A stretch of DNA of 64,000 bases from Mobula hypostoma (Eukaryota): positions 113,648,001 through 113,712,000 of the forward strand of contig NC_086108.1 in NCBI RefSeq assembly GCF_963921235.1, given 5' to 3'. The position numbers and the translations under genes were made by a program. Under the pieces are notes generated by a model. That model saw only the letters and a list, made by a program, of their open reading frames with translations. It ran no database searches and was not told where the DNA came from. Of this stretch, positions 24,464-37,398 are shown one piece after another. The first letter of the stretch is position 1. Each line of letters begins with the position of its first letter.

Positions 24464-25959
24464 CTAGTGGAGAATTAACAGGAATCTTTATCAACATATC
24501 AAATTCCTCAGAACACAAATAAATAAATTTTTAAAGACAAAACATGGTGCAGCACAGCAAGAGGCCCTTCAGCCTGCTATGTCTGTGCAATACACAATAC
24601 CAAAAGACGCACCGGACCTTTGAGCTTTAATGATGTTTATTGCAATGCCTTTCGCTTTTATTTTAACTGCATGGAAAGAAGGTTATTTGTATTTAGGCTG
24701 CAAGTGAGTCCCCCTCCTGCTCACCTTCATCTCAACTGCTCTGTTTCTTTCTCCCTTTGTACAGTAGGTTAGTTAATTGACCAGCAATCCAGTGGCCTGG
24801 ATTAAAATTCCAGAGACCTTTCAAATTCCACCATTCCAATGATGTCCAGACCCTCTCTCCCCAAAGAAAAATAAAGTCTCCAACTTTCCCTGAAATACAT
24901 CAACTCTATCTGCCTCAATTACTCCCTTCAGTAGTGAGTTTCATACTTCTACTGCCCTTTGGTAACAAGTCATAGACTGATCAAGTTGTACAGTCGGAGT
25001 GGGGAAGTAGGCCCTTCAGCAAAACTTGGTCGTGCTAACCAAAATGTTTATCTGAGGTAGTCATATTTGCCTGCAACTGGCCCATATCCTTCTAAATATT
25101 TTCTATCCTATCTTTTAGACATTGTACTTGTACCTGCTTCACTTCCTCATAGTTTCCATATCCCAGCAGCCTCTGAGTAAAAGAGATGCCCATCAAATCC
25201 CTTTTAAATTGTTCCCCTTTTATCTTAAAGCTATGGTTTTAGATTCTTACTCCAAGATAAAGATTGTGACCAACCACATTATTCATGTCCCTCAAGATTT
25301 TATAAACCTCTAAAAGGTCATCCCTCAGTTTCCTACACTCCAAAGGTAAAAAAAAAGGTCCAGCCTATCAAGCCTCTCCTTCTAAGTCAATCACTCCAAT
25401 ACTAGTCTGGTTCATAGAAAATAGCACAGTACTGGCCTTTCAGCACACAATGTTGTGCCAAACCTTTAAGCTTTTAATCTTTACAAAGATAGACTGAGGG
25501 TAAGGTAGTATTGAGGAAGCCAGAAGTCTGCAGAGGACTTATACAGATCAGGAGAATGGGCAAAGAAGTGTCAGATGAAATACAGTGTAGGAAGGTACAT
25601 GATCATGCATTTGGTAGAAAGAATAAAGGCATAAACTATTTACTAAATGCAGAGAAAATTCAAAAGTCAGAGTTGGAAAGGGCCATGGGAGTTCTAGTGC
25701 AGGATTCCCTAAAAGGTTAACTTGTAGGTTGAACTGGTGCTAAGGAAGGCAAAATGCAATGCGAATTCCTGCAACAAATGTTGGTTTTGCTACCAGAAGT
25801 GATTAAACCTAGACCTGCAAATATTAGAAAATCCACAGATGGTGGAAATCAAAGTAGTACACACAAAATGCTGGAGGAACTCAGAAAGCCAGGCAGCATC
25901 TATGGAATAAAGTAAACAGTCAATGTTTCAAGCCGAAAGCCTTCATTTTGCTGCTGTTC

Positions 25960-26850
25960 ACACTGCTGATGCATGACTCAGTTCAAACCATGTCATCAAA
26001 TTTGCAGAAGAGACAATGATTGGACTCATCAGTAACGATGCATCAGAGTACAGCCGCTTGTGGACTGGTGTGAAAAGGACAAGAGCAGAGAAATGATTGT
26101 GGTTTTTAGGAAGGTTATGATGAACCATCCCCCTCTGCCAATACATGGCTCCTCCATAGAGACAGTTAAGTGCACCAAGCTCTTGGGAGTTCACATCACG
26201 GATGACCTGACCTGGTCCCTCAATATCACCTCCCTGAACAAGGCAGCACAGCAGCGCCTCCACTTCCTAAGGAGATGAGGCAAGTAAGGCTCACCCACCA
26301 TTCCCTAACTGAATTTTACTGGAACACCATTGAGAGCATCCTGACAAGTTGTACATCCATCTGGTATGGGAGAAGCCAAGCATTGGACCCAAATTCCATA
26401 CAAAGGACTGCAAAAAAGGCTGAGAGGATCACAGGGGTCTCCTACCACCTATTGGAGACATTTATCAGGAGTGCTATGTACACAGGAGCCTTAGTTTTAT
26501 CAAGAATCCCACTCTTACATCCAGCACCCTCTTTGATTTTCTACCATAAGACAGGAGACTCCAATGTATAAAGAACATTCAGGATGGGAAACAGTTTCTT
26601 CCCGCAGGCCATGAGGCTTCTGAACTTCCTGCCATTAATTTGTTCCATACCCTACAATGTTTAATTTATGCTCTTTACTTTGTTTATTTATGTGTAATTC
26701 AGTTATAGATTTTATTCTTACTTTCTGAAGTTATTGTGTTATATTTGTTTTATATGTACCACTGTGCTTTACACCCTGGTCTAGAGAAATGCTGTCTTGT
26801 TTGACAGTACACATGTATATACTTAAATGACAACAAACTTGACTTGAAAT
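25960..26850 (+). mobile_element. Rex1/Babar-type LINE 3' fragment
   Basis: IKFAEETMIG; KLLGVHITDDLTWS..KAAQQRLHFLRR; FYWNTIESILTSC..WYG; tail cttgacttga. Confidence 0.8.
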
Positions 26851-27044
26851 GAATCTCAGAGTACTATATGGTGACATATAGGTACTTCAAAATTTAAGAG
26901 TCAAGATTGTTTAATGTCATTTCTTATACACAGGTGTAAAGGACAGCAAAATATTTGTTACTCCAGATCTGATGCAACACAAAAAATTAAAAAAAGACAC
27001 AATGACAATTTTTTAAAACTCCATAAACAAACAAGAGGACCACA

Positions 27045-29675
27045 AATGACTGCTTCGCCTGCTGCATTCTGTGCGTCACGCTTATCTGGTACCTCTATTT
27101 CAGTCGCTTCATAACTGCAGGATTCTCTTTTCACCACCTGCAATGGACCTGTCCAACACTTTATCCTCCTTCGGATCTACACTTTTAATTGCTGGTTCTT
27201 TGTTTTTATCACATCCAGCAAGGATTGGAAGATTGCCAGTCTACAGGCTACAGAACCTGCTGTCCTAACACCACCAGCCACACATGTCCCCAGGACGCAA
27301 TCCCTGCTCCGACCTCAACGGTTCTAACAATGCTAAGCAGGTTCAGAACCCAGACTCTCCCACCATCAATGCAGGTTCCAAAGACCTGGGACACCTTCAG
27401 TGTGCCTACTGCTCAACTTCCAACTCCAACTACAGCCTGGACCTTCACCAATAGCACCTGCTGGCCGGCACTTTACCAGCTGATGCTGGAACCTCAGTCT
27501 CTCCTTCCCCTACCACTACTAGACAATCCCGCTTCTCAGGTCCCACCGCTAGCTCTTGGATCCGCAGAGACACATCTTCCTTCTCACCCCACTTTCCATG
27601 AACATCCCAACCCTACCCTCTCCTCTGACACTACCAACCTCTTCCCCCTCTGACTCTGATCACAGCTCTCATCCGTGCTGATCTTCACAATTCCCACTGA
27701 CCTTCCCCTTTCTGAGGCAGAACATTCTGTCCTCAGGAAGGGCCTCACCTTTATCCCCCTGCACCCACTCCGCCGCCTCCGTCTCTGTGCCTACTTCTTT
27801 GGCAAGGACTCTACAGCCCACACTGATAACCCCTTCTACAGTCTTCAACCCTCCTCCTTTTCAAGGCCCCGCTCCGCCTGCTGTGGATCTTTTCATCGCT
27901 AACAGCTGACGATACATCAACTATCTCGACTTTACAATTCCTCTCTCCAATTCTTAACCTCACCATCAAACTCACAGATTAAGGGGGTGCTGTCGTAGTC
28001 TGGCTGTCTGACCTCTACTGTGCTGAGGCCAGGCAACAACTCTCAGACACCTCCTCTTACTTATTCCTTGAACAGGATCACACGAAGGAGCACCAGGCCA
28101 TTGTCACCGCATCATCACTGACATTATTAAGTCTGGAGATATCCCATCCACTGTCACCAACCTCATAGTTCTCCCATCTGTACCTTCAGTTTCTAACTCC
28201 TACCCAAGATTGATAATGGTATGGGTCTCAGCTATGTCTTTTCATGCGGCTATGTGGAACAGTCTATGTTCCAAGCCTACACTGATATGACTCCCCAACT
28301 TTTACTATGCAACATTGACGACTGCTTTGGTGCTGCTTCCTGCACCATGCCGAGCTCGTCCACTTCATCAACTTTCTCTTCAATTTCCACCCTGCCCTCA
28401 AATTTACCTGGTCCATTTCCGACAACTCCCTCCACTTTCTCAATTTCTCTGTATCTATCTCTGAAGACAATTTATCTGCTGATATTTTTTTATAAACCCA
28501 CTGATTCTCATAGTTACCTGGACTATACCGCTTCTCACCTTGTCATTTGTCAAAATGCCATGCCCTTTTCTCAATTCCTCTGTCTCTGCTACATCTGCTC
28601 TCAGGATGAGACTTTTCATTCCAGAACTAATGAGATGTCTTCCTTCTTCAAAAGGGGCTTTCCTTCCTCCACCATCAATGCTGCCCTCACCCGCATTTCT
28701 TCCATTTCGTGTACATGTGGCCTCATCCCATCCACCCACGCACCAGAGATAGAGGTCCTCTTGTCCTCACCTACCACTCCACCAGCCTGTGCGTCCATCA
28801 CATAAGTCTCCACAACTTCTGCCATCTCCAGCAGGGTCCCACCACCAAGCAGATCTTCCCCCCCCCACCCCAAAAAAAACTTTCTGCTTCCACAGGGATC
28901 ACTCCTTATGCGACTTCCTCCCCACTGATCTCCCTCCTAGCACTTATCCTTGCAAGCGAAGCAAGTGCCACTCCTGTCCCTACACCTCCTCACTCACTAC
29001 CATTCAGGGCCCAAACAGTCCTTCCAAATGAGGTGATACTTCACCTTTATTCATCTACTGCATCCAGTGCTCCCAGTGTGGCCTCCTGTATATCGGTGAG
29101 ACCCGATGCAGATTGGGAGACCATTTCACCAGGCACCTACACTCTGTCCGCCAGAAGAAGTAAGATCTCCCAATGGCCACCGATTTCAATTCTACCTGAG
29201 ATTCCCATTCCGACATATCAGCCCAAGACCTCCTCTACTATCACGATGAGGCCACACTCAGGTTAGAGGAGCAACACTTTATGTTCTGCCAGGGTAGCCT
29301 CAAACCTGATGGAATGCACATCAATTTCTTGAACTTCCAGTAATTGTACTCACCGCACCTGCCCATAACCTCCCTCTGGTGTTCCTCCCCCTTCCCTTTC
29401 TCCCATGGCCTTCTGTCCGATCAGACTTCCCCTTCTCTAGCCCTTTAGCTCTTTCACCAATTGACTTCCCAGCACTTTACTTCACCCACCCCTCCCAGTT
29501 TCACCCATCACTTACTACCTTTTACTCTTCGTCCCCTCCCCTTATCTTCTTACTCTGACTTCTCACCTCTCTTTCCAGTCCTGATGAAGGGTTTCAGCCT
29601 GAAAAGTCACCCGTTCACTCTTTTCCATAGATGCTACCTGGCCTGTGGAGTTCCTCCAACATATTGTGTGTGTTA
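27045..29675 (+). mobile_element. Penelope-like element (Neptune-type), long but internally deleted and disrupted; RT, GIY-YIG and pLTR
   Basis: LSEAEHSVLRKGLTFIP; DKGGAVVVW; GYVEQ...NIDDC (RT); YKPTDSHSYLDY; YCIQCSQCGLLYIGETR (GIY-YIG, about 29050-29105); terminal pLTR. Confidence 0.88.
29576..29613 (+). ncRNA. Minimal type I hammerhead ribozyme motif (degenerate) in Penelope pLTR
   Basis: cagtc-CTGATGA-agggtttcagcct-GAAA-a-GTC; core CUGAUGA/GAAA and GUC site present, stem I 3' strand and stem III imperfect. Confidence 0.6.
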
Positions 29676-30503
29676 TATAAATACATAAAGTAGCTTATAT
29701 ACATAGATTGATCGTACATGCATAAAGTACATAAGGTGACTGACATAATAAAAATGGTGGAGTTAGTGTATGGAGGTGTTGATCAGCCTTACTGCTTGGG
29801 GGGGGGGAGTAACTGTTTGAGTCTAATGGTCTTGGTGTGGATGGTACGTAGCCTCTTCCCTGAAGGGTAAGTAAATAAATTAACATTGGATTTTGAACTT
29901 TGAACTTTAGGACAGTCCAGCAGCTATTGAGAATGAATGATCAGACCAGCATCATGGTAATTCCAAGCCAACATGGGGCCTTAATGACTGTGTGCAGTGT
30001 TGATATTAGCAGTGAGAGAGAACATAGGCTAACACTGGAACTACACTGAGGAATCAAAGCAGCACTGACTGCCACATCCAGATAACATTGAAGTAGTGCA
30101 CTCAGGGATCATCACTCTGACATCAGGGCTGCGCTGAGATAAAGTACAGAAGGAGATCATATAGTCAAGAGAGTGCCCTTGACTGACATCAGGTTAAATG
30201 CATTAGTCAAATGGAAGGGCTTTGGCCATACGTTTCTTTCACTGTCACCCAGATTGTTACCCACTCAGGGAAACAGGTCCCCTCTATTTTTTCTCCTCCC
30301 ATCCAAAATTTATAGACTCAGACATGTTTTCAAACTTCTCTGTTTGAAACTTATGTTAGCACAATCAATAATGTTTCAGACCAGACAATAACTTCCCAAA
30401 TAACTTCTACATCTTTTGTTGTGCAGTCACACCCTTCCTATAGCATGGTGATCAGAAGTGCCCACAGTACTCCAGTTGTGGCCTCAATAAATATACCCAG
30501 AAG

Positions 30504-30631
30504 CTTGAAAAATCAACCACCGTCATTCCCAGCCAAACATTAGGCCAACCACCATCACACCCAGTCCAACATTACCCTAAGCACCATCAATGCCATGTGA
30601 ACATTAACCCAACACCACTCCCATGCCACTC
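30504..30631. repeat. Degenerate 32-bp tandem repeat, about 4 copies
   Basis: aacatta recurs at 30536, 30568 and 30600, each followed by a cacca core. Confidence 0.6.
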
Positions 30632-30722
30632 CACACTCGCAGAACACTCCTGTTGCACCTGTGTGGTATTCAAGTACCTCCTATGCATCCTGCCAATTTC
30701 ACTCCAGTTGTTTTCTACTCAC

Positions 30723-30923
30723 CAATCTGGGCAATAATTTGGCAAAGAGCAATCTGTTTCAGGTAGGTAGATTTTCCACTCATGTTTGGCCCTGTGACGA
30801 TGATGAAGTTGTTTTCTTCAGAGATGTAGGTGTTGTTTGAAACAGGTTTCTCCATTGATATCTTTTCAAGAATCGGATGGCGCCCTTGCTTTATAGCCAC
30901 GGTGTCAGTGAACTCTGGACGAA
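30723..30923 (-). CDS. MSH4: MSH4 internal coding exon (about exon 15), 201 nt, Walker A
   Basis: ccag|TT CGT CCA GAG...CAG ATT G|gtgagt = [68 protein letters not shown]; MutS P-loop GPNMSGKST. Confidence 0.97.
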
Positions 30924-31611
30924 CTGGACGAAACAAACACCAATTAGTTAAAATCCGGTCAGATTCTCCCATTTCAATGTGCTCAAAGCTATGGTGCATG
31001 TTCAATGGCAACATCCTGAAAGACAAAAGGATGCTGAAAACCTGAAATTAAAACAGAAAATACTGGAACACTCAGCAGCTCAGTTACCAGCCTCAATGGT
31101 TTCCACGAAGATAAGCAGAAAAGATCAGGTTTGATGAGAGAGCAGAAAACTGAACAGAGGGGAAACTGAGGAAAGCGAGGAAAGCAGTCAGCAAGAGGTA
31201 GGATTAGATGACAGTGTTAGGGAGTGTGACCCAATCTTTGACAGTGCAAAAGGCAGGACTTACAACATAATGTGCATGAGTCGAAGTCAGAAAAGTCATG
31301 ACAGATTCATTATCAAAATATATATATATATATTACCATATACTATCTTAAGATACATTCTCTTGCAGAGATTTACAGGAAAAAGAAATAAAATTTAGGA
31401 AAAACTATCCATAACAAAGACTGAAACTACCAATCTGTAAAAGATGATAATTTGTACAAATTAAAACAAAATAATACGAAGATGATGAATTTGTAGAATC
31501 CTTGAAAATGAGTCCGTAGATTGTAGAATCAGTTCACAGTTCAGGTGAGTGAAGTTATCCACGCCAGTTCAGGGAAATAAAACAAATAACCTAGCAGGGG
31601 CTCTTTAATTT

Positions 31612-33563
31612 AATGAAAGGTTAAAAAAAACTAGGTAATGATAGAGATCTAGAAGATTATAAGGCTAGCAGGAAGGAGTTTAAGAATGAAATTAGGAGAA
31701 CCAGAAGGGGCCATGAGAAGGCCTTGGCAGACAGGATTAAGGAAAACCCCAAGGCATTCTACAAATATGTGAATAGCAAGAGGATGAGACATGAGAGAAT
31801 AGGATCAATCAAGTGTGACAGTGGAAAAGTGTGTATGGAACCGGAGGAGATGGCAGAGGTACTTAATGAATACTTTGCTTCAGTATTTACTACGGAAAAG
31901 AATTTTGACGATTGTACAGATGATTTGCAGCAGACTGAGAAGCTTGAGTATGAACATATTAAGGAAGAGGAAGTGCTGGAGCTCTTGGAAAGCATTTAGT
32001 TGGATAAGTCACTGGGCCTGGATGGGATGTACCCTAGGCTACTGTGGGAAGCGAGGGAGGAGATTGCTGAGCCCCTGACAATGATCTTTGCATCATCAAC
32101 GAGGACGGGAGAGGTTCTGGAGGTGTGGAGGATTGCGGATGTTGCTGCCTTATTCAAGAAAAGGAGTAGGGATAGCACAGGAAATTATAGGCCAGTGAAT
32201 CTTACTTCACTGGTTGATAAGTTGTTGGAGAAGATCCTGAGAGGCAGGATTTATGAACATTTGGAGAAGCATAATATGATTAGGAATAGTCAGCATGGCT
32301 TTGTCAAAGGCAGGTCATGCCTTACAAGCCTGATTGAATTTTTTCAAGATGTGACTAAACACATTGATGAAGGTAGAGCCATAGATGTAGTGTATATGGA
32401 TTTCAGCAAGGCATTTGATAAGGTATCCCATACAAGACTTATTGAGAAAGTAAGGAGGCATGGGATCCAAGGGGACATTGCTTTGTGGATCCAGAACTAG
32501 CTTGCCCACAGAAGGCAAAGAGTGGTTGTAGACGGGTCATATTCTACATGGAGGTCTGTGACCAGTGATGTGCCTCATGGATCTGATCTGGGACCCCGAC
32601 TCTTTATGATTTTTATAAATGACCTGGATGAGGAAGTGGAGGGATGGATTAGTAAATTTGCTGATGACACAAAGGTTGGGGGTGTTGTGGATAGTGTGGA
32701 AGGCTGTCAGAGGTTACAGCGGGCATTGACAGGATGCAAAACTGGGCTGAGAAGTGGCAGATGGAGTTCACTCCAGATAAATGTGAATTGGTTCATTTCA
32801 GAAGATCAAATTTGAAGACAGAATATAGCATTAATGGCAAGACTCTTGGCCGTGTGGAGGATCAGAGGAATCTTGGGGTCCTAGTCCATAGGACACTCAA
32901 AGCTGCTATGCAGGTTGACTCTGTGGTTAAGAAGACATACAGAGCATTAGCCTTCATCGATCGTGGTATTGAGTTTAAGAGCTGAGAGGTAATGTTGCAG
33001 CTATATAGGACCCTGGTCAGACCCCACTTGGAGTACTGTGCTCAATTCTGGTCACCTCACTACAGGAAGGATGTGGAAACCATAGAAAGGGTGCAGAGGA
33101 GACTTACGAGGATGTTGCCTGGATTGGGGAGCATGCCTTATGAGAATAGGTTGAGTGAACTTGGCCTTTTCTCTTTGGAGCGACGGAGGATAAGAGGTGA
33201 CCTGATAGAGGTGTACAAGATAATGAGAGGCATTGATCATGTGGATAGTCAGGGGCTTTTTCCCAGGGCTGAAATGGCTGGCATGACAGGGCATAGTTTT
33301 AAGGTGCTTGGACGTAGGTACAGAGGAGATGTCGGGGTAAGTTTTTTTTAACACAGAGAGTGATGAGTGCATGGAATGGGTTGCTAGCGGTGGTGGTGGA
33401 GGAGGAAACGATGGGATCTTTTAAGAGACTCCTGGATGGATACGTGGAGCTTAGAAAAATAGAGGGCTATGGGTAAGCCTAAGTAGTTCTAAGGTAAGGA
33501 CAGGTTCGACACAGCTTTGTGGGCCGAAGGGCCTGTATTGTGCTGTAGGTTTTCTATGCTTCT
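31612..33563 (+). mobile_element. 5'-truncated CR1 LINE (about 1.95 kb)
   Basis: ORFs 31724-33351 (KENPKAFYKY, NYRPVNLTS, DFSKAFDK, FADD, RPHLEYC), with stops and frameshifts; tail ttctatgcttcta. Confidence 0.93.
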
Positions 33564-33721
33564 AACTGCTGCATTCTTGTGTCTTAGTTCACTCTCATGA
33601 ACATCAAATCCCATTTGTCATAAATATCTGTTGTTAAATCAAAAACAGACAACACATTGATATCATGTAGTACAGAAAAGTTGTCATGGGAACACACAAC
33701 AATTAGTGTGATTTTTTAAAA

Positions 33722-34028
33722 TGTTATTTATTTAATTTAGAGATACAGCACAGAAAAGCCCTTTCAGCCTAGAGTGCTGCACTACCCAACAGCCTAATTA
33801 TTTCACCCCACCTGAAATAAACACCAATTTACAAAAGCAATTCATTTACTAAACAGCACATCATGTGGGAGAAAACTGGAGCACCTGGGGATATCCATGC
33901 ATTCACAGGGAGGACACACCGAGACTCCTTACAGACTGCATGGAAATTGAACTCCGAACCCCGAAGCCCTGAACTAAAAGTTAGTTAACTAAAATAGATA
34001 ACGCTAACTGCTAGCTACTGTGGTGCCC
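33722..34028 (-). mobile_element. tRNA-derived SINE (HE1/V-SINE-like)
   Basis: On -, gggcaccacagtagc-tagcagttagcg head, central tgcatggat..cccaggtgctccagttttctcccaca domain, CR1-like tail gctgtatctctaaat. Confidence 0.75.
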
Positions 34029-34049
34029 ATTAACATAGTCCTAGTCATA

Positions 34050-34832
34050 CCTCATTAATCCCAGGGGAAATTGGGTTTCGTTACAGTTGCTCCATAAATA
34101 ATAAATAGTAATAGAACCATAAATAGTTAAATAGTAATATGTAAATTATGCCAGTAAATTATGAAGTAAGTCCAGGACCAGCCTGTTGGCTCAGGGTGTC
34201 TGACCCTCCAAGGGAGGAGTTGTAACGTTTGATGGCCGCAGGCAGGAATGACTTCCTATGACGCTCAGTGTTGCATCTCGGTGGAATGAGTCTCTGGCTG
34301 AATGTACTCCTGTGCCCACCCAGTACATTATGTAGTGGATGGGAGACATTGACCAAGATGGCATGCAACTTAGACAGCATCCTCTTTTCAGACACCACCG
34401 TGAGAGAGTCCAGTTCCATCCCCACAACATCACTGGCCTTACGAATGAGTTTGTTGATTCTGTTGGTGTCTGCCACCCTCAGCCTGCTGCCCCAGCACAC
34501 AACAGCAAACATGATAGCACTGGCCACCACAGACTCATAGAACATCCTCAGCATCGTCCGGCAGATGTTAAAAGACCTCAGTCTCCCCAGGAAATAGAGA
34601 CAGCTCTGACCCTTCTTGTAGACAGCCTCAGTGTTCTTTGATCCAGTCCAGTTTATTGTCAATTCGTATTCCCAGGTATTTGTAATCCTCCACCATGTCC
34701 ACACTGACCCCCTGGATGGAAACAGGGGTCACCGATACCTTAGCTCTCCTCAGGTCTACCACCAGCTCCTTAGTCTTTTTCACATTAAGCTGCAGATAAT
34801 TCTGCTCACACCATGTGACAAAGTTTCCTACC
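34050..34832 (-). mobile_element. Young Rex1/Babar-type LINE 3' fragment
   Basis: ORFs 34628-34888 (LQLNVKKTKELVVD, YKYLG) and 34159-34704 (KKGQSCLYFLGRL..FYESVVAS..RKSFLPAAIKRYN); one frameshift. Confidence 0.88.
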
Positions 34833-35599
34833 GTAAGCGGAATTGCTAGAGGATGAACAGGATTTCTGTTGGAAATGGGTAAAAACACTTCGGAAAATGT
34901 TAAAAATTCCTGTTATAGGATATATACGCGCCAAAAGCAGGTGTAACTTCTTTTCTTATTGAGTTTGTAGGTGAAAGAACTTCTGTCCATTTGGGAGAAA
35001 AATAGGAATAAGTTGCTGGAGAATGACATTTCCTAATAACATCTCTGTAAAGACTATCAATACATTCCATATTAATTATTGTAATGAGAGCTGACATTCA
35101 GATACATATTCTCTGAGTGAGCTCAATACATTTGGCTCAGTTCACGCATGCTCTTTCTACATTAGCTGTCTTTCCACCCTACCGCTTCTCAGTATTTATC
35201 CCACTTCTTTCTGAAAGCTCCTGATGTATGTTTCCTCCCACGGATGCTACTCAACCCAGTGAATTCCTACTGCATATTGTTTGTTGCTCCAGATTCCACC
35301 ATCTGCAGTCTCTTGTGTCTGTTCTGGATGCCAGTGTGGGTTGTGAGGAGAATGCAAAGGCTTCAGTGATACAGGCAAGCTAATGGGCAGATACAAGGCA
35401 GATGGAACATAACATGGAAATATGTGAACATCTAATTTGGCAGAAAATACAAGAATATTGGAATATTTTATGGTAGTTAGAAACTAAAAGACTGTTGCAT
35501 GGAAAAATCTGGCCATTCTTGTATACAGTTCACAGAAAGTTAACATAAATGTACAGCAAACAATCAGGAACACAAATGGTGGACATAATTAAAACACCT

Positions 35600-36250
35600 T
35601 GACTTTAGTGACATCTTGAATAACAAACCAGAGGCTTTTAGTTTTGACCATGTATGTGACAATGGTAAGTGGCATCATCTTTTAGTTGTTTCCTAACTGC
35701 ATCCTGGCCTTTGGCACGGTAGGTTTTATCTGGTGTATATTTCAAGAAAATGGCAATCTTGTCTATATTAAACTATATCAATTAGATTATTGCATAAATT
35801 CTTAGTTGGTCATTCAGATTTGAAGTATCTATGGATAAACTTTCTCCACAATGCTGCATGCATCTGAACTTGTGCCACAGTCTAAACTATAAAAATCAGT
35901 CACTGATGGGACTAATGTCAATATCTAATTCCACTGTAAAGCTTTCCAAAGTCTACTTTGTTAAACTCTACATTTGTTAACCTATGCTTGGATTGGCTTT
36001 ATCAACATCATTTATCAAATGCGCAGTATCTTCACCAATTAAGGACATATTATGTTGGTTGCATCACTCTTGATGTTAATATTTTCTTCTTTATTCTGAA
36101 ATTTGCCTAATTCAGCATATTATGTCTGACATCAATTTCAACTTGTATTTCTTTGTGTTCTTCTTTCATTCAGTAGCCTCAATGCCTTTACTTTTAATTC
36201 TTGAATTTTCTTTTGTTACCTTGGTTAGTGATGACTTTCCTCTATCATTT
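35600..36250 (-). mobile_element. Possible ancient pogo/Tigger transposase relic
   Basis: Minus-strand peptide FNIDKIAIFLKYTPDKT resembles pogo FNxDETxLFWKxxPxKT; heavily decayed. Confidence 0.3.
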
Positions 36251-36440
36251 CACAATCAGAATCAGGTTTAATATCACTGTCATATATTGTGAAATTTTTT
36301 GTCTACTACAATGCCTAAATAATACAGAGAAAACATAAATTAATTTTATATATGTTAAATTAATTAAATAAGTAACGCAAAAATAGAAATAAAAAAAGTG
36401 GTGAGATAGTGTTCATGGGGTCAGTGTCCATTCAGAAATC

Positions 36441-37398
36441 AGTAGCGTCCACTGCTCTACTCTATGCCCATGACTGTGTGGCTAGGCATAGCTCAAATAC
36501 CATCTATAAATTTGCTGACGATACAACCATTGTTGATAGAATCTGAGGTGGTGACGAGAGGGCGTATCTGAGGTGGTGATGAGATATGCCAACTATTGGA
36601 GTGGTGTCGCAGCAATAACCTTACACTCAATGTCAGTAAGACAAAAGAGCTGATTGTGGACTTCAGGAAGGGTAAGACGAAGGAACACATACCAATCCTC
36701 ACAGAGGGATCAGAAGTGGAGAGAGCGAGCATTTTCAAGTTCCTCGATGTCAAGATCTCTGAGGACCTAACCTGGTCCCAAGATATCAGTGCAGTTATAA
36801 AGAAGGCAAGACAGTGACTATACTTCATTAGGAGGTTGAAGAGATTTGGTATGTCAACAAATGTACTCTATAACCTCTATAGATGCACCGTGGAGAGCAT
36901 TCTGACAGGCTGCATCGCTGTCAGGTATGGGGGCTACTGCACAGTACTGAGCTGCAGAGGGTTGTAAATTTAGTCGGCTCCATCTTGGGCACTAGCCTAC
37001 AAAGTACCCAGGACATCTTCAAGGAGCAGTGTCTCAGAAAGGCAGTGTCCATTATTAAAGACCTCCAGCACCCAGGGCATGCCCTTTTCTCACTGTTACC
37101 ATCAGGTAAAAGGCACGCACTCAGCGATTCAGAAACAGCTCCTTCCCCTCTGCCATCTTATTTCTAAACGTACATTAAACCCATGAACACTACCGCACTT
37201 TTTTAATATACAGTATATTACTTGCTTTTTTGCACAACTTTTAATCTATTCAATATAAGTATACTGTAATTGATTTTCTTATTAATTATTATTTTATTGT
37301 TTTTTTTTCTTCTATATATGTATTGCATTGAACTGCTGCTGCTAAGTTAACAAATTTCACAGCACATGCTGGTGATAGTAAACCTATTTTGATTCTGA
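36441..37398 (+). mobile_element. Rex1/Babar-type LINE nested antisense in a relative
   Basis: KFADDTTIV; ORF 36596-36817 WCRSNNLTLNVSKTKELIVDFRK; tail gattctga. Confidence 0.82.

Noticed and set aside
30504..30631. CRISPR-like regular spacing
   Set aside because: Eukaryotic intron, units are tandem and degenerate with no unique spacers or cas genes
30924..31026. N-terminal extension of ORF 30715-31026 (MSFRMLPL...)
   Set aside because: Upstream of the CAG acceptor; MSH4 homology starts at VRPEF. The same applies to ORF overhangs at the other exons
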